A stretch of 64,000 bases of DNA from Lama glama. Taxonomy: Eukaryota. The notes beneath the pieces were generated by a model that saw only the letters and a program-made list of their open reading frames with translations, had not been told where the DNA came from and did not search any database. The DNA is taken from contig CM052832.1 in NCBI GenBank assembly GCA_028534125.1, forward strand, positions 22,198,001 to 22,262,000, in the 5' to 3' direction. The first letter of the stretch is position 1. The number at the start of each line of letters is the position of its first letter. Shown here piece by piece: positions 13,978 to 26,269 of the stretch. The position numbers and the translations under genes were made by a program.

Positions 13978-14882
13978 ATCTGAAAATTTGTATGGAACCA
14001 AAAAAGACCCAGAATAGCCAAAACAATCTTCAGAAAGAAGAGGCTGGGGGTATCCTGTGCCTGGATTTTAAACTATACTACAAAACTACAGTAATTAAAA
14101 TAGTATAGTATTGGCACAAAAACAGACACGTAGATTAACTGAACAGAATAGAGAGCCCAGAAATAAACCCACGCACTGATGGTTAAGTAATTTTCAACAA
14201 GAATACACAACAGTAACTGGGGTTGGGAAAGCTGGACAGCCACATGCAAGAGAATGACTAGACTACTCTCTTACACCAAACATAAAAATGAATTCAAGAT
14301 GGATTAAAGACTTGAATGTAGAACCTGAAACCATAAAAATCTTGGAACACTGGCAGTAAACTTCTTGATATCAGTCTTGGCAATGATTTTTTGAATTTGA
14401 CACTAAAAGCAGAGGCAAGAGAAGCAAAAATAAACAAGTGGGACTCCATCAAGCCAAAACACATCTGCGCAAGAAAGGAAACCATTAACAAATGAAAAGG
14501 CAACCTATGGAATCAGAGAAAATATTTGCAAATCGTATATAAGGAGTTCATATCCAAAACATATAAAGAACTCATATAAGAATAAAAGGATAAGAAAGAA
14601 TAAATGTTGGCTAAATTGTGGAGAAAAGGGACCCCTGTGCACTGCTGGTGGGAATATAAATTGGTGACGCCTTTATGGAAAACTGTATGGAGGGTCCTCA
14701 AAAGATTAAAAATAGAACCCATATGACCCAGCAATTTCACTTCTGGGTATTTTTCCAAAGGAAACAAAAAATACTAACTTGAAAACCTATCAGCACCTGT
14801 GTGTTCATTGCAGCACTATTTACAATAGCCAAGACATGGAAGTAACCTTAAGTGTCCACTGCTGGATGAGCGGATAAAGAAA

Positions 14883-14951
<69 letters not shown>

Positions 14952-15525
14952 ATGGAATATTATTCAGCCGTAAAAGAAGGAAACCTTGCCATTTGTGACA
15001 ACATGGATGGATCCTGAGGACATTATGCTAAGTGAAATAAGTCAGAAAGAGGAAGTCAAATGCTGTATGATCTCACTTTTGTAGAATCTAAAACAAAACA
15101 AAGCAGAACTCATAGAGACAGTGAACAGACTGGTGGTTGCCAGAGTTGGGGTTTGGGAGGTTGGTGCAATGGGTGAAGGGGTCAAAAGTTCCAAACTTCC
15201 AGCTGTAAGATAAATGTCATGGGGTGTAAAATGGACAGCATGGTGACTATAGTTAATAATAATGTATATTTGAAAGTTGCTACTATATATGGATTATTTT
15301 CCACTGTAAGTTATTATAAGGTATTGAATATTGTTCCCTGTGTTATACAGTAACTAGGAGATAGGTCTTAAAATTTCTCATCACAAGGAAAAAATGTAAC
15401 TGTGTGGTGATGGATGTTAACTAGATTTACTGTACTGATCATTTTATTATATATGCAAGTATCAAATCGTGTTGTACAGCTAAAACTAATATAAGTTTAT
15501 ATGTCACTTGTATCTCAATTAAAAA
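13978..15525 (+). mobile_element. L1 (L1MA-like) 3' 1.5 kb, decayed, with internal deletions and a (TG)n expansion
   Basis: ORF2 homology (aaaatttgtatggaacc..., aaataaacaagtgggac) through the 3' UTR ending tatctcaattaaaaa. Confidence 0.92.
14885..14949. repeat. (TG)n microsatellite, about 32 units, inside an L1
   Basis: Uninterrupted tgtgtg run. Confidence 0.97.
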
Positions 15526-15897
15526 CCAAAGATTATCAAGTTGTCCCCAAACATTACAGTGCTTCTTCAGTGGTGTTTCCTTCAGCAGTATGTGTCACCT
15601 CCCCTCTTTGGCAGACCAGGGTTCCTCACTCAGAACTTCTTTCTAGTTGGGTCTGTCTGACCCCCTGCACCCTGTTTTATTTCCATCCCACATCCAAGGC
15701 TGCTGGGGAAGGTGTGGTGGACTGGGGTCATGTCACCTTAGTTCTTGTCCCAGCTCTGATGCTCAGTGGCTGTGTGACCCAGGCTGAGTGACTGGCCAAC
15801 TCTGGGCTCCACTTCCCTCGTCTGGAAAAGTGAGATGTTGGACTTACGGGAGAAGATTGAACTCAGTGAATCATTCCGGGGTGGCTGAACAGACGGA

Positions 15898-16110
15898 CGC
15901 TGGAACCAGATTCCTGGAGTTGAAATTCTGGTGTTACTTCTTACTGGGTGTGTGATTTGGAGGAAAATTTCTTAACCTGTGACTTAATGTACCCATTTAT
16001 GAAAGGAATGCCTCAAAGAGTTGTGACTTTGAAGGAGTTACGCAGGCAGAAGGACTCAGAGCTGTGCCTGCGGTATAGTAAGCACCCTAAGTACCAGCTG
16101 CTGTTATTAT
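15898..16110 (+). mobile_element. MIR
   Basis: ctggaaccaga...cttactgggtgtgtgatttgg...cttaacct. Confidence 0.7.
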
Positions 16111-16789
16111 TGTTAGTTAGTATTATTTTTTACTGGCTAACATTGGAATTAATTCTAATGGGCAAATGATATCTCCAGGGGAGGTAGGTGACAGCATGCT
16201 TGCGGGCAAGGTTTTTCAGGATGCCTCAAATGGTCCTGAGTCGTATTAAGGCTTCCCTGCCTATGTGGCCAAGGATTACAAGGGTATGATTTATGGGGTG
16301 GGAGGAAAGCTGGAGAAAGATCCTTAAAAGATATCACCCACACATTTCAAGGTTTTTCTTTGCCATGGCTAAAGAATTGGCATAAATATTTGCCCCTTTG
16401 TCTCCATTGAAGTCGGTTTTTAAAGGGTTTTTAATTGTAAATCATAACTAATACATGACATGAAATTTACAGAATAAGGTCAGCCCCACGTCTTCCTGTA
16501 CAGTTTAAACTCTGACCAAGTCTACAGGAATCTTTTCTAAGATAATGAGAGAGGGACTGGATGACTTACTCTGAAATGATGGAAGAAGGCTTGTTTTGTG
16601 AATAAAAAAACTCATGGAGAAGGTTTGTGCAAACCTCAAAGGAGAGCTGTTGGAAAGGACTTGGAGCAGCTGATCCAAGGCTTCCCCTGGACAAGGGTGA
16701 GGTCTTGAGAGGCCCCAGCGGGCAGTGACTCAGCGTCTCGCTCCACCTCACGGTGCTGCCCTGTAGCTGAGTGTTTCAGGGCCATTTAC

Positions 16790-16930
16790 TTTGTGTCTTA
16801 GTTTCCTCAGTAACACTTGAGGGTTGTTGGGAAGATTAAATGAGATAATAGATGTGAAGCTTTTAGAATAACAGCCAGCATTTGTTGAGCTTAGTAAACA
16901 TACATGCTCAGTAAATGCCGACTGTTACTA
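16790..16930 (+). mobile_element. MIR 3' part
   Basis: gggttgttgggaagattaaatgagataat. Confidence 0.7.
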
Positions 16931-17235
16931 TTTAAAACTTGTGTGTTTGAAGTGCAGGCTAAGGGGTAATGAACTTTCTCAGCACGCGTAAACCCATTAT
17001 TGGCTAATGAGCTTTTGACATAAGCAGGAGCAGGAAGTTGGCAGCAGCTGGGAAGCCCTCTCAGTCTCTGTGGGCTGAGAGGTTCCTCCAGGTGAGAAGG
17101 AGGCTCTCGCTTATGCAAAGACTCAAGCATCCCTCACCATTTGATTTGGGTCTTGCTAACTTCCCACTTGTAGGAGCAACGAACATAGAGTCTGTTTCAT
17201 TCCACGTGTTTGAGTAGAGGATTTTTATTGGGAAA

Positions 17236-17613
17236 TGTTATAGGCTGAATTGGGTTCCCCCCCGAAATCCAAATGTCCTAAACCCCAGTGTCTCATAACG
17301 CAACTATATTTGGAGATAGTGTCTGTAAAGAAGTAATTAAGTTGAATGAGATCATTAGGGTGGGTCCTAATCCAATGACTGCTGTTCTTATAAGAAAAGG
17401 AAATTTGGACACAGACATGGATAGTTGGAAGACCACAAGAAGACACAGGGAGGAGACGGCCATCTGCAAGCCAAGGAGAGAGGCCTCAGAAGAAACCAAC
17501 CCGCCAACATCTTGAATTTGGAGCCTCCAGAATTAAGAGGCGATCAAGCCTTCTGTCGTTTAAGTCCCCCATTCTGTGGTACTGTGTTCTGGCAGCCTGG
17601 GCAGATTAATTCA
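17236..17613 (+). mobile_element. MaLR solo LTR (MLT1B-like)
   Basis: TG...CA ends; tatttggagatag, gggtgggtcctaatccaatgact, gccatctgcaagccaaggagagaggcctcagaagaaaccaac. Confidence 0.9.
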
Positions 17614-17679
17614 GGCAGCTACTAAATTCTCCCTGAGGAGAGTGGAGTTGAAGGGAAGAGGTACATTATAATGTGTAAG

Positions 17680-17895
17680 GACTCAGACCAGGTTTAAACC
17701 CTGTCTCTGTCACTCACTAGCTTTGTGAATTCAGCGGTTGGTACTTAATTGTTTCGTTTTTTTCTTTTCCTCCTATGGAAAGTGGGAGGAAGCTATTTCC
17801 TGAAGTTGTGGTGGAGCTGAAATCTCATCAATTATGTAAGGTTTATCACTGGGCCCCACACATAATAAGCACCCCAAAAACAGTATTTATTGTTA
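17680..17895 (+). mobile_element. MIR
   Basis: ggtttaaaccctgtctctgtcactcactagctttgtga. Confidence 0.6.
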
Positions 17896-18519
17896 CGATG
17901 GGACAGAATGTCAGTTGGAAGCTTGGTTGTAAGTTGCGCACACTGATTATCAATCTTAAATAATATTTTCTCATCTACAAGCTTGGAAAACATTGGCTTA
18001 TTACAGACTTAAGAGCATTTCTTGCTGACAGTCCGAGGAGTTTGGAATTAAAGTATAACAAGGGTGTCTTTGAAAGTGCAAAGTGGCTGAAGGCTGTGGG
18101 ACAGACACTTTTTGTTCCGTGGCACAGAAAGTAATTGCGTGTTTCGTGCTCTCCCCCGGCCACATTTATTTGTAGGAGGCCATGCAAAAGAGCACTGTTT
18201 GTGGAGGAGAAACGGCTCGCCTTTAAATAAGGAATTGTTTAATTACATTGGTTTTGTCTTGGAGCATATAAGGCAGTGTTGCTGAGAAAAACATTCCAGG
18301 GCTGGACAGTTGCCTGCACCTCGCTGGTGAACTACTGGGAAATCACTGTAGGAGGGGAAATAATTTTGGACTGTTAATATTTGCAGTTTGTTAAAAATAG
18401 CCTGCTTGCATCTCTTCGTGAGGAGGGAGGCAGTGTTTTGCTCTCTCGGCGAAGTTCGTTTTCTGTTGGAAGAATATGAAGGCCATGGAACAGAAATCCC
18501 CAAGCAGTGCCTTTCTGGC

Positions 18520-18695
18520 AGCACGTGAGAGCAGAGATGAAAAACTTTGCAGTGGAAAATTGCAGCTCAGTTTGACTGGGCTTTGGTGAATTACGAAGTC
18601 AAACCCTTGGCCACGTGTCGTGTGTTCTTGCCGTGACCCTGAAATCTCGCGAGAGCTGTGGAACTCGAGCTCTTGCTGAATCTGAGTTACGTCAG
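18520..18695. promoter_or_regulatory. Candidate intronic enhancer or alternative promoter
   Basis: CpG-retaining patch with CACGTG (18522, 18612), TCTCGCGAGA (18645-18654) and TTACGTCA (18687-18694). Confidence 0.4.
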
Positions 18696-20834
18696 GCTTG
18701 TCTGTGCTGAAGAGTCTGACGAAAAAGGCTGTGCTCTACCGTCTCCTTGTGCAGAAGGGCCCACGCCCTCCTTTAATTGTGGAGGGCGTTGCTGTTGGGC
18801 ATCACGAATGGAAGTGCAGCTTTCTTTCCCGCTCTGGAGAGAGGGCATCAGTGGAAAAGTAAAAGCTTGGCACACTTGCCTTCTAAATGTGAAGGTTTAG
18901 TAAATGTGAAGATACCTATTTCCATCTTTTTTGACCATCCACATTGTTACTCCTGACATCTTGCCACTTATAAAGGTGTGTTTTTAAGGTGAAACTTTTT
19001 TACAGGTTGACTTCTATTTATGCCTAACTCCTCTCTAAAATTTATTTATAGTAGGTGCTAATGAATGCAACCCTGAGCATAAAGTAGAATTAAGTAAGGA
19101 TTGTTGTGAGCTTCTTAGAGTGCCCTGATTGTAGTTGGGGTGTGTGTGTGTGTATGAGAAGTTCCACATGGGAATTACAATTACACACTGAAAAAATTTT
19201 ACCAAGAATTTGCCTAGATTCCTGCCAACCTGATAAAATAGTCATATTCAGTTTTGCATGTTATCTTGGCCTTTTTCCATATGCCACTATTTTTTTAAAA
19301 ATATTATTGTACATGTCCATATAATATTATATTCTGCTTTTTATTAGTTATAGCAAATGGCTTTCATTTTATTATAGGTGCTTTATTATGCCCTTTTTTA
19401 CTGTACTGAATGGGTTTACCATTAATTACTTGGCCTCTATTATCCTATGTGTAGGTAGGTTACTTAATTTTGTCTTATAAATAATTCCTCAACATTTTTT
19501 TCAGCATTTAGCTTTTCATCATCCAATGAATAAACTTCCAGGCATTGGTCAAGAGTATGGCTTACAGCAAATACTACCATATTTCTTTTGAAAAGGATTA
19601 TCATACAAGTTGCATCCTTTAGTTTGTTTCATGTGTTGACCAGTGTCTTTACTAATTGTTGAGCTTTTAGCTTCCTCCTTGCTCCTAGAAATAATACTGA
19701 GGTGTGTGCGTATGTGTTTTTTTGGTATGTAAAATTTTGTGCACGTTTCTAATAGTGGTAGTCATAGTGGGTTTAAAATTTATAGCCACGACAGATATGC
19801 AAAGAATGGAACTTTAAAAAATTTCTCCTTAGTAAACTTAATTCAGCTTTCAGGCTAAATTGCCAGTTTTAGGCAGCTCACCTCTCGTTTAAGGCTGGTT
19901 ATATTAAAGGTATGTCTCCCTCTGCACCTGGGAATGAGCTCGGCCCTGAGGGGTCTGCGGACCTTGCTGGCCTCTGCTTGGGAGGAACCCATCCTTGTGG
20001 TCTTGGGTGTTGACCTCTGGCTGCTACATCATCTGCCGTTCCCTGCAGCCCCTTCCGCGGCTGCTCGGTCCAACTACAGACCCTTTCAGGCCTGCTGGCC
20101 CTCAGCTGGCCTCTCTGCTGTTTTCAGAGCCCGGGAGAGGGGCCTGTGTGATGCCTCCTGGAAGGAGTCCTCTGCAGAGCTGGCCATCTCCCCAGGCTGC
20201 ATTCCAAGAAGCCAGGCAACCATCTCTTCTACTGTGATACCTGCATCCTTCCTCCAGACTTCCCAAGGGATCCCACCCACTTCCGTGGTCTCAGCTCCTT
20301 GGCTCTTGCCCTTCTGCCCCCACGTCTAAGTGCCAGTCATGCCCCGCTGCAGCCCTCCTTCAGTTTGCTGGCCAAACTCTTTATCAGCCTTGGTGCTAAA
20401 AATAGCTCTTACATCATGAAGGGCTTTTCTTCCCTCTGGGATTATGGTAGAGACTCCATGCTTTAAATTCTTTCCTTTTACTCTGGATCTCTGAAGATAA
20501 CCTTTCAGAATTCAGAAGGAAAAAGGAATCTTCCCTAAGTTTCTGGAGACTGCTTTGACTGAGATTTATCTCTGCTTTGGGTTTATGAAAGTCTGCTCAG
20601 GAACTGGAAAACCCAGAGTTTGGCTCTTTTGTCCCAGGCTGCATCACCTCTCTCTCTGGAAGTAAAGGCACACGAACTCAGGCAGTTGCCTAAATGACGA
20701 GCAGGCGAGGGGCTCAGTCCACGGGCAGCAGGGAGGGGACTGAAGAAGCCAGTTCTTAGCCGCTCAGCAGTAATGACCGCATATTGAATGTAATCTGTGC
20801 ATAATCTGTGTTTATTTAGTAGAGAATAATATTA

Positions 20835-21045
20835 ATAGCAGGTGCTTTAATTAATTAATAGTCCATGCCAGGATTGCTTTGAGTGATCTTCTATATTAAC
20901 TTCTTTAGTCTTCAAAACAATCCTGTGAAGTAGCATGACTATCATTACCTCCACCACGTGGACTGGGAGCCAAAACAAAGTGAGCTTGGTAACTCTTCAG
21001 CCAGGAAGTGGTGGACCTGAATCTTGCAGTCCAGGAGGCTGGCTC
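20835..21045 (-). mobile_element. MIR
   Basis: catgccagg...tttagtcttcaaaacaatcctgtgaagtag. Confidence 0.65.
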
Positions 21046-21127
21046 TGCTGGTAACCATTGGATCTGTTGCAGGTCATGGCTGAGAGGTCACAGGTACTTA
21101 ATTTGATTATTATTGAAGGTAGATCTT

Positions 21128-21313
21128 TTTCTCCCAAACTTGCATGTCCATCACAGTCACTCAGGGGCCTGATAAAACCCAGATCGCTGAGCCCACCCTG
21201 GGAACGTCATATGTAGTGGGTCTGGGGAGAACGTGCATTTCTAACAAGTTTCCAGGTGATGCTGCTGCTGCTGCTGCTGCTCAGGGGCTATACTTTTGAG
21301 AACTGCTGCTCTA
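21128..21313 (+). mobile_element. MER5A-like hAT MITE
   Basis: tgcatttctaacaagtttccaggtgatgctg...acttttgagaac. Confidence 0.85.
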
Positions 21314-22754
21314 GCCCCCAAATCATTCCTCACATTCAGGGACGCTCAGTAATTACTGGCCAGCCAAAAAGAATGGAGCCAGTTTCCCCTTGGTTGCTCT
21401 CCTGAGTAGCTATGTTCTGCTGTGACTGTGGGCTGGTCCCTGGGCACAGAGGTGGAAAGAACATGTGATTGATCACTCACAGACGGTTGTGACTCTGACT
21501 TTCTCGTTGCCAATTCCTTTACGTTCTGAACCTTGCTGAGATGGTTATTTTTCTATTTCTCTCTCTCTGCATGTGTGTGTGTTGTTGGTTGTGCATTTAG
21601 GCTGTTAAGAGCTATGACCACATCCTGCAGGCTAGGATCCCACTTCACCTCCTCTCTTGTCTTTCAAGGTGGAATATGGGAGTGAGGCAGTAACAGGAAT
21701 TCGTTTTTGGAAAGACTGGCAGAGAATGATCTCCAAATAGAGGGGAAACCCAGCACAATTTTTAATTGGGGAAACAAATGAGCTCAGGTCGAGCTGACAT
21801 TGGCTCCCTCCGCCCTCCTCGCAGAGCATAACCCTGATGAATTTCCCCAACAGCCAGTTTTCTGTAGCGCGAGAAACTGCCGAGGCTGAAGTGGAGGGTC
21901 TGTTCAGATATCTGTATCCTTAGTCCCTTCTAAAAAGCAAACTGATACCGAAGTTTTCATCTTGAATACTCTGAAAAGTTTAAACTGCTTTTCTGGTGTT
22001 AATTAATGGTTAGACCACTGAATGTATTTTGGTTTTGAGTTAAATCAGCTGATCATTCCTAAGGGTATCAGGGAATTATTTTATAGTTTCTTTTAGGTAA
22101 AATATTTTTGAAAGAGATCACTGAGATTTTTCTAAGGAAATGCGGTACCTATTTTGCATAACTGGATAGTACTGGCATTGGAAGTTGAATGCAGGGCTGT
22201 TTCTTTTTTTTTCTGGATCTTTAGTGTCACACCTGGGGTTTGAACAATGCTCTTACTTATTTGGTGTTAATTTAAAATGAGAAAAATGAGAATCAGAAAA
22301 CAGCTGATGATTGCTTTGGAGAAGCATCTGATTTCTTAGGTACCAGTGAGGGAAGCCACATGGATTTGATTCATCTGCATCTCAAAAAGAACACGTTCTT
22401 TATCTTAGTATAATACGGGAGGGGAGGTGGAGGGAGGGGAAGACACCCAGCAAAGTGACATCACAATCAGCTAAGGCCGTTTCCAATAAAAAGTCTCCTG
22501 TTTGTCGATGAGAAAGCAACCTTGGCTAGTCTCCAAGGATTGGAGGAGAGACTTTTGGGCTCATTGACTTCTTATACCAGACGAGGATAAGGTTATCTTT
22601 TCAATCTCTCGTAGCTCCTCTAAATGAATGCTTTACTGAGGGAAACATCCAAATCCAAGTCGGAGATGCACCTTGAGGAGATCAGAAAAAAAGTAGGGAA
22701 AGTTCACACGCAGGCCAACAGTACAGGTTCTGACTCTCTCCTTTTCCCCTGCAG

Positions 22755-22900
22755 GTGAATTTTGTGGCCTGCCAGCTCCTTGCTCTGTGTGCTGCTTTCT
22801 GGTTCCGCATCTACTTAAGTCCCGGTAAAGCCAGTCCCCATGTCCGGCATGCATTTGCTACCATTTTTGGCATCTATTTTGTCATCTTTTGTTTTGGCTG
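22755..22900 (+). CDS. MBOAT1: MBOAT1 coding exon 2
   Basis: Acceptor cttttcccctgcag, donor TG|gtgagt; 146 nt; encodes VNFVACQLLALCAAFWFRIYLSPGKASPHVRHAFATIFGIYFVIFCFG(W), recognisable MBOAT1 N-terminal transmembrane region. Confidence 0.95.
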
Positions 22901-23559
22901 GTGAGTAGGAGTCTCCCAAATTCTAGTATTTATTGTTCGGGTGTTTTGTGGCAATATTCTTAGCATTTCCCAGGCGCACTAAAGAGAAAAGGATATTTAT
23001 TCTTACTGTAAAATAATGGGGATGTTGCAGGAATCTCCCCTTACCATTAAGAACCTGGAACCAATAAACTGACTACTTATTTGAAGTCAATTTGGTGAAT
23101 TCTTCTTAAAATTAGACATCTGCTGATCTCACCCTGAGTCATGTAAATGGAATGTTATGATGTTTTATTTTCCCAACAAGGAACCTTTCCTAACTGTTGG
23201 AGATAATTAGTGTTTTTTTTGCGTCACTGCTAGAGATAAGAGCAATAGTTTCAGTGCTGATCTTAGGGAATGTGTCATTCTTTAACAGAGAAACCCTGTA
23301 GAGTAGACTTTTCTTTACTAGGTAAGCCGAGTAAATACCCTGGGTGTGGTACTTCTTGAGGAAGAAATTTTAGGAATGAACATTTCTAGAAGTATAAGTT
23401 AAGGGAATTTGTTCAGGATTCTGGAATATTGCTCTTCCCGTCTTTAATGAAAATTTGACAAAGAATGATGAGTATTTTGAATTACCATCAAGTAAGAGTG
23501 TTGGTATCTGGGGCAGCTCAGCTTTGATCTTAGTTCTTTAAAATAAAAACAGTCCTGGA

Positions 23560-23670
23560 GTGCTCTACACTGGAATTTGACACAACATTGTAAAAATTAT
23601 TATAAATCAATAAAAAATGTTAAAAAATAAAATAAAATTTGCTCTTGATAACTTAGTAGACTGAAACAAA
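23560..23670 (+). mobile_element. Very short L1 3' end with 20-bp TSD and extra 3' sequence
   Basis: gtgctctacactggaatttgacacaacattgtaaa...aataaa; TSD aaaataaaaacag(t/c)cctgga at 23540-23559 and 23671-23690; TT/AAAA endonuclease site. Confidence 0.85.
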
Positions 23671-23943
23671 AAAATAAAAACAGCCCTGGAAAAAAAAAAA
23701 GAGCTCTCTTCACTGCAGTTGGCCGACTAGGCCGTGATTTCCTAGAGTCATTTCAAGATACAGTATCTTAATTACATATACAAAAACACTTGGTTGATTT
23801 TCTCTTCTGTAAACCTGAGTTAACTGATCATTTGCTTTTTGGCGGGAGTGGAGGTAGAGTGGCAGTGTGGGTGGCTGAGAGGTATGTTAACCAAAATTTA
23901 CTCAGTGTTCTCTCTCCCTCCCCTGTTCCGTGGTGTATTAAAG

Positions 23944-24021
23944 GTACTCTGTACATCTTTTCGTGCTGGTGCTAATGAGCTACGGAATCATGGTCACTGC
24001 AAGTGTATCCAACATTCACAG
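23944..24021 (+). CDS. MBOAT1: MBOAT1 coding exon 3
   Basis: Acceptor tattaaag, donor AG|gtaaga; 78 nt, phase 2-2; encodes (W)YSVHLFVLVLMSYGIMVTASVSNIH(R). Confidence 0.95.
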
Positions 24022-24249
24022 GTAAGACCCTGGGAATGAACAATGCACGGTGAGGTTTTTCGTGAACTTTGAAATGTATTTCCAGGATAAAGAGGTACCC
24101 GTCCCTGTTGGCCATATCCTGAGTCCTCTGGGATATCAGAAGGGAGGGATGAGGTCTTAATTGCTCGGAGTCTTCAGAGAAAGCTTTACTTAAAAAAAAG
24201 CACGATGCAAATTGGGACTCAGGTGAAAGAGAGTCTGTTGAAATTAGGC

Positions 24250-24630
24250 AGCCTTATTTGTGATAGCACCAACCTGGAAACAACCCGCATGGTTACCACA
24301 ACGGACCGCTACTCAGCGATAAAAAAGAAGGGATAATTGACACACACCGTGACATGGATGAATTGCCAAATAAACATCCTGAATGAAAGAGGCCACACAA
24401 GTTCTGTTCTCAGAAGTGCAAACTGACCTCTGGTGACAGAAATTGGATCAGAGGTCACCGCGGGTAGGGTGGGTCAGAGAGATGTGAGAGGGAGCCCACG
24501 GGGCCTGAAGCAGCCTGGGTGGGGGCGACGGGTTTGTCCGTTATCTTGGATTTAGCTGTGGTTTTCTGAGTACGAAATATTTCATAACTTTGCATACTTT
24601 AAAGGTGTCCAATAAAACTGTTAAAAAAGG
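24250..24630 (+). mobile_element. Ancient L1 (L1MC/ME-like) 3' fragment
   Basis: ctggaaacaaccc...ctactcagcgataaaaaagaa...acatggatgaat...gaatgaaagaggcca pattern. Confidence 0.7.
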
Positions 24631-24799
24631 AAGAAATATTCTATTATGATATTTTGATTTCAAAGTAGAGAAGTAATTTAATTCTACCTTGACGGCTCCA
24701 TGCTTGGACAGCCAGCGAAGATCCCTGGAGTGTCTGGTTGGCATTGTCTCTGCTTCCCATGGTCTTTCTGAAACCTCAGTATTAATCTGGCCTTTCAGT

Positions 24800-24925
24800 A
24801 ACACTGGAATGTGAGCTCTGTGAAAACAAAGACTTTTCTCTTTTGTTTGCTGTTGTACCCTCGGAGCCTAAGATAATACCTGGCACAAGTAAAAACTCAA
24901 TAAATATTTATGGAATGAATGACTG
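24800..24925 (+). mobile_element. L2 3' end
   Basis: ggaatgtgagctctgtga...cctggcac...ctcaataaatatttatggaatgaatga. Confidence 0.7.
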
Positions 24926-26269
24926 AGTATATTTGAAAAGACACTTATCCTTCTATGACTTCCTTTCCAGAGGCTTCTCTGAAAAAGGAGATGCCTTATT
25001 TCAGCTTCTGAAGGCTCTTTGATAAGACTACTAGTGCAATAGTTTTCTGAAAGCATTGGAATTTAATTTTTTAGGTGTAATCTTGTAATTACTCTCAATA
25101 ACTTCCTGGTTTTCAAGGGGAACTATTATCTGCCTGCTTTTAACTTGTACAGACACTCCACTTTGTATCCAGATGAGCTCTGGAAATCTGATTTCTAGTC
25201 ATTTCTCTTCTAAGTGCCCTTCAGAAGGGAAATAGGAAATCTGTATTTCTAATATGGTAAGGATGGGTTTTGGAAATTCTTCATAATATGACAAAGTGCT
25301 TTTTTTCAGTGGGAGGTAAAAATGCCTGGCTTTTCCTCAATGTGCTGTTGGAAGCAATTAAATGATGAATAAAAATGTCATTGCATCTCTAGAGCATATT
25401 TGTCGGCTTCCCCCACACTTGTGTGATGCTGAGGGGGTGTGGTCCATTTTTCAGAGGGTCAAGCTCTGTTTCCAGGTTCCCTGTGTCGGTCTCTGGCCAG
25501 GAATGGAGTCCTCCGGCCTTGGCAGAGAGGCTTTCTGTTTTCCCACAATAATATTGTGGTAGCAGAGGGCCATGTCATAAGACCGAGAGGGAAAAATACC
25601 AGAACAAGTTTCTGCCCCTCTTGTTTTGCTGTGTGGCTGCCAGTACTGCAGAAGTAGGGAGTGGTTCACATTTCCCGATGGAGGGAAGTTGTTTCCTCTT
25701 GCCGCTGGAAAAGATCACTAGCCTGGAGTCAGGAAACCTGGCTTGCTAGCAGTGTGAGTGTGGGAAAGCCAGGCAGCTCCTCTGCACATCAGGTTTCCCG
25801 CTAAATGTGGGCTTTGTGGTGGTTTGAACTTGTTCTCTTGAAGACCAGGATTTCTGGGTTCTTGGTGAATAGTTTTCCCCTTGCCATCACTGCGTTACGA
25901 GTTCTCTCTGACGGCTGAGGAAGAGGAGAGCAGGACGAGCATTTGCTGCCATGTGGAACTGACCCACTTCAGGACTGACTGTGGCTATTCAGGATTTGTC
26001 TAGAGAGTTCTTGGGGTACCATGTCCACTTCCTCCCTAAGCCACTATGTTGGGCAGAAACCACAGGCATTAATTTACTTTATATGAACCAACTGGAACAG
26101 AATATAGTGCCTCCTAGGACGGACAGGCCTTCTAGGGGAACTTGATGATAATTACCAAGTTTGCAATGCTTGCTTGGTGTCAAGGGCTAGACCAAGCTCT
26201 TTTAAATACATTGTTTCATTATTTTTGATGTAAATGATGTACTAAATAGGAGTTTGTGATTTTTAAAAT

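Noticed and set aside
21741..21850. NF-kB-like sites (ggggaaaccc, gaatttcccc)
   Set aside because: Neither matches GGGRNNYYCC fully; expected by chance
1119..22754. Estrogen response element in intron 1 (MBOAT1 is reported to be ER-regulated)
   Set aside because: By eye I found only half-sites, such as the two AGGTCA near 21071-21090, and no GGTCAnnnTGACC palindrome; a matrix scan is needed
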